Counted from the first letter of the stretch, positions 1-9,578 are shown. The stretch is DNA of 64,000 nt from Bdellovibrionales bacterium (GCA_031370005.1 JANMPT010000025.1:32001-96000); one strand, 5' to 3'. The notes: generated by a model from the sequence alone, not told the origin. Numbers and translations: made by a program.

Positions 1-1
1 G

Positions 2-358
2 AAGGGACAAAAAACGACTTCAAAGAGTTCGCAATTTAAATACGACAAAAAAGGCAACTTAGTCTTTGCACAAAATAGTGATGGCCAAAAAATCACGATG
101 ACCTATGACAATAAAGGTCGTATTGCTAGCATTACAGATCAGGCTAAAAAAGTTGTTAGAATTGAATATGAGGACCGCTTTGGAAAACCAGCAATTGTGA
201 CTCGTCCCGGCCTAGGTACTATCAAAGTGACTTACAAACCAAGCGGTGAGATCAACAAGGTCGAAAGCAAAGAAGGACCCAGTGTTGCCATGCAGGTGGC
301 AAGTACCTTTAACAATCTCTTAGACGTTGTTGCTCCAGCAACTTCAGAAGTGTTCTAG
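2..358 (+). CDS. YD/RHS-repeat protein, C-terminal part (Bd0109/WapA-like); begins before the window
   Basis: The frame is open from base 2. It has YD-type repeats (FKYDKKGNLV, MTYDNKGRI, IEYEDRFGKP, VTYKPSGEI) and lies directly upstream of a Bd0108-like gene, as in the Bdellovibrio hit locus. Confidence 0.8.
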   Translation, partial: KGQKTTSKSSQFKYDKKGNLVFAQNSDGQKITMTYDNKGRIASITDQAKKVVRIEYEDRFGKPAIVTRPGLGTIKVTYKPSGEINKVESKEGPSVAMQVASTFNNLLDVVAPATSEVF

Positions 359-372
359 GAAGGGATGGTAAT

Positions 373-684
373 ATGAGAAATATACTTTTAGCGATTACAA
401 GTTTTTTCGCGACAGTTTTAATCCTTTCACAGATTGCTTTGGCTCAGTCTCAGGCGGATGGCGGGACTCAACATAGCGTTTCTGCGCAAGGAGAGGATCC
501 TAACTTAGCAGAGACCTCTGATAGAATGACGACTGAAGGTGGCGTCCCGAACGCCGGAAACAAATGTAAAGATGGCACCTGTTATCAAAGATCTATTGGG
601 GGTCGTCTTGGTGACAACACAAGGGCAAGGCCAAGAAACTCTGCCTCCGAAGATGGCGGACGAGATCAAAAGGGCTCTCAGTAG
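373..684 (+). CDS. hit: Small secreted disordered protein, Bd0108 (host-interaction locus) homologue
   Basis: 103 aa with a signal peptide (ALA|Q), a GEDPN motif, a Cys pair (CKDGTCYQR) and a Gly/Ser/charged tail. This matches the remembered Bd0108 layout (GEDPNE...CRECIAYR), and the position after a YD-repeat gene fits. Confidence 0.75.
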   Translation: MRNILLAITSFFATVLILSQIALAQSQADGGTQHSVSAQGEDPNLAETSDRMTTEGGVPNAGNKCKDGTCYQRSIGGRLGDNTRARPRNSASEDGGRDQKGSQ

Positions 685-839
685 CGAGTCTACGTAAAGC
701 AGAAGGCATTCTATCCGAGGAGGCTCGGCCTGCGGGCCCAAACAACTCCGAGGTCCGTGTTAATACCCAACAAAGCTCACTATTTACAACAGAAACTAGT
801 TGCCATGTTTTAGCTTCTAAACTATACTGCCCCAAATTT

Positions 840-1418
840 ATGACCAAACAAGCCAGCTTTTTTGACTACCACAAAATGAAAGAAACCAAAGCCAAATACG
901 GCAGAACCTGTCATGGCGGCCCCACATCCCGTGGACATCGTAAAGAGCAACGCCCCCTCTCCGCAGGAAAGTGGATCCACCTAGTACTCAAATCAGAGCT
1001 CGCAAAAGGTGCTTGGAGCTTTTTGACTCCTACAAATTCAATTTACCTAGATAAAATCCTTAGAGAAAAAGCCGCGAAGTTTGGGGTCTTCATTGCTGAG
1101 ATAGTCAATGTTGGAAACCATCTTCATATCAAGTGCAGGTTTAAGTACCGCAAAGGCTTTCAGAATTTCTTGCGAGCCGTGACTTGCCTCATTGCTCGTA
1201 AAATCACTAAAGCCTATCGCGGGAGCAAGCTCTCCACTCCCTTTTGGCAGGGCTTAGCCTTTACAAGGGTATTAAAAAGTTCTTTTGAAGAGATGCAGCT
1301 CAAAGGATATTTTCAGGCCAATCGCGAGCAAGCTGAGAAGGGCTATTCTGCTCGGCAAGAATACTTAGATAGATTCAACCGCTGGGTATATCGACTGCGG
1401 GTTCAGGATTATTCCTGA
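840..1418 (+). mobile_element. Y1 HUH transposase-like protein (IS200/RAYT family)
   Basis: N-terminal IHLVLKS strand, HUH motif NVGNHLHI, FWQGLAFTR, and a YxxxN-like GYFQAN catalytic helix. Confidence 0.75.
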
Positions 1419-1564
1419 GGGCTTGGCGTGAAATCCCGTAATGAGACACGCGCAGGGCTTTTTTTTGCTTCGCGCATGACTAATATGCGAACACCGTGAG
1501 CTGGGCGATCTGCCCTAAGATGTTAAAACCCCAGGCATTTTTTCACCTCTACACGCTCATCATC

Positions 1565-1581
1565 TTGGCACGTCCTTCGCT
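1565..1581 (+). promoter_or_regulatory. Putative sigma-54 (-24/-12) promoter
   Basis: TTGGCACG-TCCT-TCGCT versus consensus TGGCACG-N4-TTGC, with correct GG/GC spacing, upstream of the 1629 gene. Confidence 0.6.
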
Positions 1582-1628
1582 ATAGATAGCAATAGATGTC
1601 AATGAAATCTCTTACTGAGGAGGAGACA

Positions 1629-1835
1629 ATGCGTATCTCTAAAACAATCTTGAATCTGGCGCTGATGATGTCAGTGGTGTCGGCGACAGCCGTCGCAGCG
1701 GCAAGCAGCAGTTGTAATATGCGATCTGGAATTCCAAGAACCGCAGCGAGCAATCCAGAGAAAAAACAAGTGGCTGCAAGGGTTTTAAAGGCCTCAACGT
1801 CGAGCTCACTAAAAAGTCATCGCGGTAAGAAATAG
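1629..1835 (+). CDS. Small secreted basic low-complexity protein (position resembles Bd0103)
   Basis: GAGGAGG RBS before ATG 1629, signal peptide, Ser/Ala/Lys-rich mature part with one Cys. Confidence 0.55.
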   Translation: MRISKTILNLALMMSVVSATAVAAASSSCNMRSGIPRTAASNPEKKQVAARVLKASTSSSLKSHRGKK

Positions 1836-1860
1836 CAAATGGCAGGGGTCGTTGAAAAAT

Positions 1861-2088
1861 TTATTTTCCGGCCCTTGTAGTTAGACTGCTTTTTGCGCTA
1901 AAAAACAAATTTCTAAGCGCTAAGGCACCGCCAGAAGCGACGCTTTGAACGTAGAGTGAAACAGAAGATTTTTGCAACCAACGTTGGGAGTGTTGCTCTA
2001 AAGAAGAGTTTCCCACTTTGACTTGCAGAGCTATCACAAAAATCACCGTTAATAGAAAGCTTTTTAAGACAAACATCAACTCGCTCAT
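1861..2088 (-). CDS. Small membrane hypothetical protein
   Basis: N-terminal hydrophobic helix; start overlaps the stop of the upstream response regulator (ATGA coupling). Confidence 0.6.
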   Translation of the reverse strand: MSELMFVLKSFLLTVIFVIALQVKVGNSSLEQHSQRWLQKSSVSLYVQSVASGGALALRNLFFSAKSSLTTRAGK

Positions 2089-2468
2089 TTTATTTTCTCC
2101 GGTTTGCTTTTATAGTGTTTTTTTATAACAGCTAAAAAGCCCTCTTTCGTAAAGGGCTTTACTATATAATCATTGCAACCCACATCCATCGCATTCTCGA
2201 TAATAGTTTTGTCATCAAGAGTAGAGCAGGCAATGATTACCACCTCATAAGAGAGCTCGCGGATTTTTCGCGCTAACTCTATGCCATTTTCTTTTGGCAT
2301 TACCATATCAAGGACGATGAGATCCGGAAGAGTTTTTTTAAAAAGACGAAAGCCCTCTTCGCCATTTAAGGCTTGGCCGACGCAAACGGCGCCTGAACTT
2401 TTAAGAATATTCTTAATCAGTTCACCAACGAAAGTGGCATCATCAATAATAATATAGCGAAAACTCAT
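2085..2468 (-). CDS. Single-domain response regulator (CheY-like)
   Basis: IIDD, LDMVMP (phosphoacceptor Asp), CST and KPF receiver motifs. Confidence 0.9.
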   Translation of the reverse strand: MSFRYIIIDDATFVGELIKNILKSSGAVCVGQALNGEEGFRLFKKTLPDLIVLDMVMPKENGIELARKIRELSYEVVIIACSTLDDKTIIENAMDVGCNDYIVKPFTKEGFLAVIKKHYKSKPEKIK

Positions 2469-2539
2469 TCTTTGATTATCGAAAGTTCCTGGGGGATTGT
2501 CTAAGCGCTTTTGTGCAAGACTAGACTAAGTGAGGGCTT

Positions 2540-3598
2540 TTAGCCTCCCCAGCGGTAACCGAGAGAGAAAATATAGAAGGTGTCTGTAACGCTAACGTTT
2601 TTTGGAATAGAACCTGTTGCTGGGTCCGCAAGTCTTGCGCTGCCATCAAAAAGATTCTTTTCAGACATTAACGAGGCCTCGTAAAAGATTTGAGACTCTT
2701 TAGACAATTTTATTTCTGAGCCAAGCTGGATTCCCAGGCGGATATTTTCTGTGCTACTTCCTGAACTAATATCTATGCCGGCTTTAGACTCAGAATGCTG
2801 AAGCCGCGGATAGAAACTTCCACCAAGAAGCCATGCAACATCTGGGCTTGAGGGAAGCCTGAGAGTCATTTTAAGACCCAGACCCGAGGTTTTTAGTTTT
2901 GCCCGATAAATATCATCAGCATTTACATTGAATTTATAGTCACTATAAAGGACATCGAACTGAAGGGATTTTGAAGACTGAGTAAAGCCAAAGAATTGTC
3001 TAAACTTCAGGGCGACGTCTAAGAACTCATATCGCGCCGGAGAACGCGTGTTGCTTACCGCATCGCCGCTTGTGTCCGCAGCTAATGAGAACATGAAGTT
3101 TCCACCTACGCCTATAGCTGGAGTTAGCCACACGTTTGCTCCAAGATCGACTCCAGCATAGACACTACGATAATCTCTATATGAATAGTTCGAGGAAGAC
3201 TCATTGGTTACATAACTTGGTGCGAAGCTAATTTCAATTTTATTTTGTCGAGCGTCGGATTCCTCAAACTGTCCTTGGTAAAATCCAAGCTCTCGCTCAG
3301 GGCTAGCAGTAAAAAGACTTTTTACCTGCTGTGAAATAGTGGGCTCTTTGGGTGCCAGCGGGGGCAAAGTCAAAGGTGGCAAAACCGGTGATGCAACTGT
3401 GGTCTCTTCGCTTGCGGGCTGCCGTGTTTTTTGTTGAGACTTCTTTGCAATTTTTTTGAGTGCCGGAGCGGGAGCAGGGGCCAAGCTCGGAGTCCGAGTT
3501 CCCAGCAGAAGCTCATAGGAAGAGTCCAGCTGTGCGAGTAAAGCCACTGGACTAAGGAGCGCAAAACTAAAAATGAGTGCCGGACATACGAACTTCAT
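2540..3598 (-). CDS. Outer-membrane beta-barrel protein with Pro/Lys-rich N-terminal linker
   Basis: Signal peptide, alternating amphipathic strands, C-terminal SLGYRW motif. Confidence 0.7.
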   Translation of the reverse strand: MKFVCPALIFSFALLSPVALLAQLDSSYELLLGTRTPSLAPAPAPALKKIAKKSQQKTRQPASEETTVASPVLPPLTLPPLAPKEPTISQQVKSLFTASPERELGFYQGQFEESDARQNKIEISFAPSYVTNESSSNYSYRDYRSVYAGVDLGANVWLTPAIGVGGNFMFSLAADTSGDAVSNTRSPARYEFLDVALKFRQFFGFTQSSKSLQFDVLYSDYKFNVNADDIYRAKLKTSGLGLKMTLRLPSSPDVAWLLGGSFYPRLQHSESKAGIDISSGSSTENIRLGIQLGSEIKLSKESQIFYEASLMSEKNLFDGSARLADPATGSIPKNVSVTDTFYIFSLGYRWGG

Positions 3599-3605
3599 AC
3601 CAGAT

Positions 3606-3633
3606 TTTTCGGATTCTCGAAGGATTTACTTGA
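3606..3633 (-). promoter_or_regulatory. Putative sigma-28 (FliA) promoter
   Basis: Minus strand TCAAG-N15-TCCGAAAA, ending 7 nt before the ATG at 3598; consensus is TAAA-N15-GCCGATAA. Confidence 0.5.
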
Positions 3634-3675
3634 TGCGAAATTGACGAGTTTTTCTGTGACAGGCAGAATTAAAGT

Positions 3676-5235
3676 ATGAGAAATAATTTTAAGGTCCTGC
3701 TTCTTTGTCAGTTTTTGTTGGCCTTGTTTTTTTCCTTACAGACCAGAGCCCAGCTAAACTCTTCTTTCGTCAGCGCCGTTGATCAAGATCTTACGATCAA
3801 GGTCGTCACGGCGGCTCCGTTTTCTGACAACATCAAGGGAATTTATTCCAAGCCACTTTTTAAAAAATTTCAAGAGCTTCTTAGTAACGACAGGCTCTGG
3901 ACTTATGAGGCATTGCCTGATGGCACCAGTGTTGCTTTAGATTTGGATGAAAATCCTGCTGCAGTAAAAAGTATTTTTGATGCTACGAAATCCCAGGGGC
4001 TTTTCACTTTCCATATTACAAAAGGCCCGCTGGGCCTAAACGCGCACCTTGTTTTTTTCGTAGGGCAAACGGGAGCCCCGCTAATTCAAGAAGATCTAGT
4101 GAACTATCCGGGATTTGAAATCGCTGATCTCGAAAAACAACTTCAGGTCATGTACGAGAAAATCAAAGCTCGACTTCCATATCGAGGGATGATTTTAAGT
4201 CGTCGAGGACAAGAGGTAACCATCAATATTGGTTACAAAACGGGCGTAAAAAATAATGATGAGATTTCGGTGATTCAAATTCTGAAAGTAAATCGCCATC
4301 CAAAACTAAAATTTATGGTAAGTACCGAAAAGGAAATCCTTGGCAAAATTAAAGTCTATAAAACTGACGAGTTTCTGAGTTTTGCCTATATCACTTATGA
4401 GCGCGAGCCTGGAGTGGTTCAAGTTAACGCAAAACTACTTCCGCAGGAGTTCATTCAATACAAAGAACCTGTTACCCAAAACGGTCAAGTAATCCCAGGT
4501 CTTGAAAATCGCAAAGACAGCGAATTGAGTTATGGCGATAACCCTAGAGAATGGTTGCCGACACAGGCGCCTCAATATGGCCGTATCGCGATTTTAGGTG
4601 GCCTTGGTAGCTACGGCATTTCCACAAGCCTCGCCTCCGGCACCATAGAAGCATCAACCAGCCTTGCTCCAGAGATCGCCGTTAAAGGCGAACTCTGGCT
4701 GAGCAGCGAGTGGAATATTCTTTTTAATATTCGCCAAGCGGTTTTTACAGCCTCAAATCTCAATATGTCTCTGTCTTCTTACGGCGTACTAGGCGCGTAT
4801 AATTTTTTAATGAGTGAAGACTTTTTCGGTCCAAAGATTCAGCTCAGCGCGGGCTATTCGACTTATATGTCAAATGCAGATCAAAGCACCCCTCTTGCTT
4901 TCACCAATATGAACTATGGCGGGTTCGTGGTCGGGTTTCTCGGCCAGTTTCCCTTAACAAAAGAGATCCCGATGGATTTGGGCGCGCAATTTAATTTATT
5001 TATAAGTCCTGGGATGAGTGAGTCTGTCTCATCGGGGGACTCCTCAAGAAACACTATCAATCAGTTTGGTTTCTTTGGTGTTTACCATCTCCGAAGTCGC
5101 TTTAAAATTCGCGGGGAAATAAACTTTGAATACTATGCCAGTGATTTTTCTGGCCCAGGAGCGGGAACACATAGCTCATCGAACACGACACAAAAATTAA
5201 CAAGCCTCATGGGTGGCATTGAGTATCTTTTCTGA
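3676..5235 (+). CDS. Secreted protein with periplasmic FlgT-like region and C-terminal beta-barrel
   Basis: Signal peptide, VTINIGYKTGVKNND (FlgT C-terminal-like), amphipathic strands and a terminal GIEYLF. Confidence 0.65.
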   Translation: MRNNFKVLLLCQFLLALFFSLQTRAQLNSSFVSAVDQDLTIKVVTAAPFSDNIKGIYSKPLFKKFQELLSNDRLWTYEALPDGTSVALDLDENPAAVKSIFDATKSQGLFTFHITKGPLGLNAHLVFFVGQTGAPLIQEDLVNYPGFEIADLEKQLQVMYEKIKARLPYRGMILSRRGQEVTINIGYKTGVKNNDEISVIQILKVNRHPKLKFMVSTEKEILGKIKVYKTDEFLSFAYITYEREPGVVQVNAKLLPQEFIQYKEPVTQNGQVIPGLENRKDSELSYGDNPREWLPTQAPQYGRIAILGGLGSYGISTSLASGTIEASTSLAPEIAVKGELWLSSEWNILFNIRQAVFTASNLNMSLSSYGVLGAYNFLMSEDFFGPKIQLSAGYSTYMSNADQSTPLAFTNMNYGGFVVGFLGQFPLTKEIPMDLGAQFNLFISPGMSESVSSGDSSRNTINQFGFFGVYHLRSRFKIRGEINFEYYASDFSGPGAGTHSSSNTTQKLTSLMGGIEYLF

Positions 5236-5236
5236 C

Positions 5237-5260
5237 CAAAGCCTAGTCAAAGCCTAGTCA
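5237..5260. repeat. 11-bp tandem duplication CAAAGCCTAGT x2
   Basis: Copies at 5237-5247 and 5248-5258, plus CA, immediately after the TGA at 5233-5235. Confidence 0.85.
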
Positions 5261-5436
5261 CTATCGAACAGTCTCAATTGGGGATGGTTTAAAAAGTAAT
5301 TTGACAGTTTTGTGAGCTCGCTGACATACTTATAGATGTTAAGAATTAAATAAGTCGGCCCGTAAGCAGTTGAGATTATAATTATCATATATGGAAATAT
5401 TCTTGGTAGTTTTGGGGGGCCACTGGGAAGGTTCAA

Positions 5437-8091
5437 TTGTTAAGGACTTCGCTTCAGAAAAAAATGAAAACTCGTGAAGGCAAACGACAAGGCTTGCGAC
5501 TAAGAGGCAATACAAAGGGCTCCGTCCTTTTGCTGGTCATGATCGCCGCACCGGTGGCTGCGATCCTTTTCTTTTCGTTAATTGAAATGGTCCTTATTTC
5601 AAAACGGCAAGTTGTTATTAATCGAAATATAGTTGGCTATTCTACGGCTTTAGACGCCGTTCTTGATTATACAAACTATGCAATTAAAAATCGCTGGTGT
5701 ATGACTAGCACTTGGACCCGAGATACCATAGGTTGCAACTTAACTCATGCAAGAAGTTTTGAGCGTATGGTTTTGGACATGAACTCGCTGGCGGCTTTGA
5801 CTGATATAAATTCCGGGGTTGCTGGGTATACAAATGCCGGGGTGGTGCTTGGTACCATAACAACGACAGTGCCCATTAGCTCCATCACGGGGGCTCACCC
5901 ACTTGCTGACATCATTACAAATTTAGAAAAATCTGGAAATGCGGTTTCTAATATCCAAATCACCGTTACTCGCGTAGATAATATTAACGTGCCGAGAAGG
6001 GGAAGAGAATCATACCTAGATATCAGAGCGACCCTGCTATCTGGCGGTATAATCTTTAGAAATCTTTCAGCGATTTCTGCCACGAGTCGTTTAATGATTG
6101 CACCAAGGGAGCTTAATTACTTCTCTTTAGTGGTCCCTGAAAATATGCATTTAGACGGAACAATCAGTTCTGCAAATGGAGATTTTTCAATTCCATCTGG
6201 GACTGGCGGGACAGGAGTCTCTTTCGAGAGTCCCGTTTTTGTAAACGGTGACATTTTTATTCCTGATCCCATAAGCGGAGCCCCCAACGCCACGACCTTT
6301 TCTAATAAAGTAATTCTCGGTGGACCAAATGGCGGAGGAAACGGTGGACGCCTTATGCTTGGGGCCACGCCCTTTACCGCGCCTAATTCCGGTGATCTTT
6401 CCAGCTACCTCTACTCGGTAATCCCAAAGCTTGGCGGATTCAAAAAAGGGGTTGATGTCGACGGCGTGCGGGACAGTGGCCTTGACGTGCTTTCGGGTAA
6501 TGCAGTTTCAGCACTTCCTGTGGCTACCCAGGCGAATCTTTGCTCCGGTATCAACTCTGTTTATTATAGGCTACAAGACACCAACCAATCCGATCTGGTG
6601 ATAAAGTCCATTAACAGTGCGGCACCAAATCAGTTTGATTATTACATTGGATTAACCCAAGGGAATATGTTTCTTCCCCAGGGGACTCGCCCATATTTTA
6701 TTAGCGGGCCGTGGTCCAGAAGAACTATTACGGACATCCCTTCCGGCACCACCAGCAGTAATGCGTTAAACGGACAAGCCACTATGTATTTTCGATTTGA
6801 CTCAGGCAATTTGCCGCCATTGGGCCCTGCGGGAGCCTACGACTCAAGCTCACCTAATTGGAATATTATGACATCGCAGTTTGCTCTGAGAGATAATGCA
6901 GAGGTGACAATTAAATTCAGATCAACCCTTCCTGGGCCGCCGCAGTGGGCCTTCGTTCATATTGAAATGATACCTGTTGTTGTGGGCGGCAATGTTCAAA
7001 GGGATGTTTTCCATTTGAGAGTCAGCACAACGGGATATTTAAATCCATCTGCAACGATAGATAGATTTTCAATTTATATGAAAGCCTATGACCTCGGCAC
7101 CTATGGTGGTCGGGACCGCAGGTATCTTGATTCAGGCTCTGATGATACCCTAATGGCAGGACATACTATGGATGGCTGGTTGCATTTCAAAATTGTGGGA
7201 GGTGCCCTACAGTGGCGAGATCAATCTGGGACACCAAAGGTTCCGAATTATACTAGCTATGTAAAATTAGATCCGGCAAATCCTATTCCGCCAAATGGCT
7301 TTACGCCGCCAGAGTCTTCTTGGCCAGCGCCACTGCCTCCGATAATGACTCCAATTGCCGGCGTATCGACACCATTGCCTGATGAGACTTTTGACTACCA
7401 GGCCATTGTGAATGGATGCTTAGGAAATTCCGGCGGGGCAAATAGTGCGGCATTTCAATCTGTAAATTGGAATAGCCCATTTGTAAACTCAACCCGTTAC
7501 TCTTGGCATTTTGCCCCGGTTGTGGGCGGGGTTGCCCCGGCCGGCGAATATACGACAATTCCGGCTTCGGGTCCTTCGCTAACAATAAATAATGGCCAGT
7601 TTTACATAAACTCCATTGTTGGAACATGCATAGTTCCTGCAACGACTACGGTGGCATCAGGTTTCATAACTTGCGACAGTCTGGTAATTCTGCCGAGAAG
7701 TAATCCTTTATTGATGATTGGAACTTTTATTGCCGGAAGCGCAAATATTGCACCATCAGCTGTGGCAGCGGGAATTACCTTTAGAAATATCTATCATCCT
7801 CAATCGAGAAGTGACCTAATTGCTCAAGGTATTCTAACGAATGCGAATGGGACAGTTTGCGCAAACGGACCGCTTCCTGTTCCAGTGTGGTGGCCGACTC
7901 TGACTGCAAACCAATATGATTCTATCAGGAAATGCAATGTGATTTCTCTTCGTGACAAGGCAGATCCCTTCACCTGGAGTGCGGTAAATCCTGATTGCGG
8001 CTTGCCGTCGGGCGGTAGTTTTGTTAAATGTCAGAAGCACACTCTTAACTACATACTGAGCGAAGTCAGTAGGACAAGTGAGTTGCAATGA
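5437..8091 (+). CDS. Large PilX-like prepilin-type protein (likely start at ATG 5464)
   Basis: Basic leader, then KG|SVLLLVMIAAPVAAILFF (PilX-type, no Glu5). The extracellular body is Gly/Ser/Thr/Pro/Asn-rich and the C-terminus is Cys-rich. Confidence 0.75.
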   Translation: MLRTSLQKKMKTREGKRQGLRLRGNTKGSVLLLVMIAAPVAAILFFSLIEMVLISKRQVVINRNIVGYSTALDAVLDYTNYAIKNRWCMTSTWTRDTIGCNLTHARSFERMVLDMNSLAALTDINSGVAGYTNAGVVLGTITTTVPISSITGAHPLADIITNLEKSGNAVSNIQITVTRVDNINVPRRGRESYLDIRATLLSGGIIFRNLSAISATSRLMIAPRELNYFSLVVPENMHLDGTISSANGDFSIPSGTGGTGVSFESPVFVNGDIFIPDPISGAPNATTFSNKVILGGPNGGGNGGRLMLGATPFTAPNSGDLSSYLYSVIPKLGGFKKGVDVDGVRDSGLDVLSGNAVSALPVATQANLCSGINSVYYRLQDTNQSDLVIKSINSAAPNQFDYYIGLTQGNMFLPQGTRPYFISGPWSRRTITDIPSGTTSSNALNGQATMYFRFDSGNLPPLGPAGAYDSSSPNWNIMTSQFALRDNAEVTIKFRSTLPGPPQWAFVHIEMIPVVVGGNVQRDVFHLRVSTTGYLNPSATIDRFSIYMKAYDLGTYGGRDRRYLDSGSDDTLMAGHTMDGWLHFKIVGGALQWRDQSGTPKVPNYTSYVKLDPANPIPPNGFTPPESSWPAPLPPIMTPIAGVSTPLPDETFDYQAIVNGCLGNSGGANSAAFQSVNWNSPFVNSTRYSWHFAPVVGGVAPAGEYTTIPASGPSLTINNGQFYINSIVGTCIVPATTTVASGFITCDSLVILPRSNPLLMIGTFIAGSANIAPSAVAAGITFRNIYHPQSRSDLIAQGILTNANGTVCANGPLPVPVWWPTLTANQYDSIRKCNVISLRDKADPFTWSAVNPDCGLPSGGSFVKCQKHTLNYILSEVSRTSELQ

Positions 8092-8606
8092 AAAAACTCA
8101 TAGCTAACAACCACGGACAGACAATAATTGAAAACGTCTTAGCAATGGGTTTGCTGGTTGTGGTTTTTTATATGATTGTTGACGGCAGTCTTCAGCTGTT
8201 TAAGACCGAGTCTAAAACAGGTCAGGTCTCCGCAGAGTATCAAATGGTCTCTCAATTGATTGAGACTATTAAGGGCGAGCCCGCAGTCTATCAAAAAAAC
8301 TTTGTGCCAAACGCTGGCGGTATAAACTCTTACTTGGCGACTTTTCCCTATGGATATGCCGGCAATGTTCTTTATACGGGCAACCCACCTAACTGCGATT
8401 CGAGCGCTCCTTTGGCAAATGGAAGTATTGGCGGTGGCGGCGTAATCAATACTTTTTGTGATGCCCTTATGACCTACACAATTCAACCCAGTCTAAATTA
8501 TAGCGGGCTTTTTAAGGGCTCAATTAGAGTTAAGCATATAAATAAGGATCCACTCGCGACACCAACACCGGATAGCAATTACTATTTTTTAATTAATACA
8601 AACTAG
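8088..8606 (+). CDS. PilV-like minor pilin
   Basis: NNHG|QTIIENVLAMGLLVVVF prepilin motif with Glu5; Cys pair; ATGA overlap with the upstream gene. Confidence 0.8.
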   Translation: MKKLIANNHGQTIIENVLAMGLLVVVFYMIVDGSLQLFKTESKTGQVSAEYQMVSQLIETIKGEPAVYQKNFVPNAGGINSYLATFPYGYAGNVLYTGNPPNCDSSAPLANGSIGGGGVINTFCDALMTYTIQPSLNYSGLFKGSIRVKHINKDPLATPTPDSNYYFLINTN

Positions 8607-8612
8607 GGGCAT

Positions 8613-9578
8613 ATGAAAGACAATAAAGGTTTCTCCATTATAGAACTTAGTATTGCCATAGCTCTTTTGGGTATTGTTCTGCTCGCGTTTATGGACGTAA
8701 TGCAATACATGCGCATTATGGAAAACAGGGTTAAAATCCGAGCGGATTCACACACCTCTCAGACCCTGGGAGAGCGCTTTTTATGGATGGGGCTTAAAAA
8801 TGCAGCACCATCTTTTAATAATATTCCAATGCTTGATGACAATGGCTTTAACTTCTATGATCTCAACCGCGATGTCCCTTCGAATTCAATACCTAACGCC
8901 ACTCGAATACTGACTTTAAACTTAATCGGCGGGCAAACCACCTTTTTTGCTCTTTTGAGTGAATCCACTACGGCAAACGTGAGCAGTGGGGCTCCGGAGG
9001 TTATGTTTCTAGATCCTGCTAAGTTTTATCAAATTAATGATTTGGCCGCCCCAGCGGCAACGCCTTTTAATTGGACTTTTTTTAGAAACTATATCCTTGC
9101 ACAAAATCCGAATTTTTTGGCAAAAGCAACACAGGTATTAGAGATTTATGTTCCTTCCACATTTAGAAATATCGGGGCCCCAGTAAGTACAATGCCAAAC
9201 AGCACGAGCTATTTTTTGCGCTGTACGTCTTCTCCAACCCCTTGCAACACTGAAAATTTTGGCGGCATGGTGAGTTTCAAAAATGCTGCGGACAACACGG
9301 TTTCCATTGCCAATTTTGACGACTTCGTAAAAACAATACCGCCAGCCAGCGGAGGAATTCCGCCTATATTAGCTAGAGTGGTGCGCATGGTTCGCTATCA
9401 GTTGCAACCAAAGCCGTCTTACGCTACGGGTATTGGGGATTTATCTTATTCAACTTGGGATGGCGCTGGCTTTACTGCGCCGGTTTTAATTGCCGACCGA
9501 GTTAAACAGGTCGTTCTTCAAAGGCCTAATATCACAGATCCAACGATCACTATTGATTTAACTTTGGAAAAACGCTGA
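8613..9578 (+). CDS. PilW-like minor pilin
   Basis: NKG|FSIIELSIAIALLGIV class III signal; C-terminal VLIADRV strand typical of PilW/GspJ. Confidence 0.85.
   Translation: MKDNKGFSIIELSIAIALLGIVLLAFMDVMQYMRIMENRVKIRADSHTSQTLGERFLWMGLKNAAPSFNNIPMLDDNGFNFYDLNRDVPSNSIPNATRILTLNLIGGQTTFFALLSESTTANVSSGAPEVMFLDPAKFYQINDLAAPAATPFNWTFFRNYILAQNPNFLAKATQVLEIYVPSTFRNIGAPVSTMPNSTSYFLRCTSSPTPCNTENFGGMVSFKNAADNTVSIANFDDFVKTIPPASGGIPPILARVVRMVRYQLQPKPSYATGIGDLSYSTWDGAGFTAPVLIADRVKQVVLQRPNITDPTITIDLTLEKR

Noticed and set aside
5254..5436. 60-aa minus-strand ORF in the island's left intergenic region
   Set aside because: It has a weak start and no motif, and it overlaps the probable promoter region of the pilin operon.
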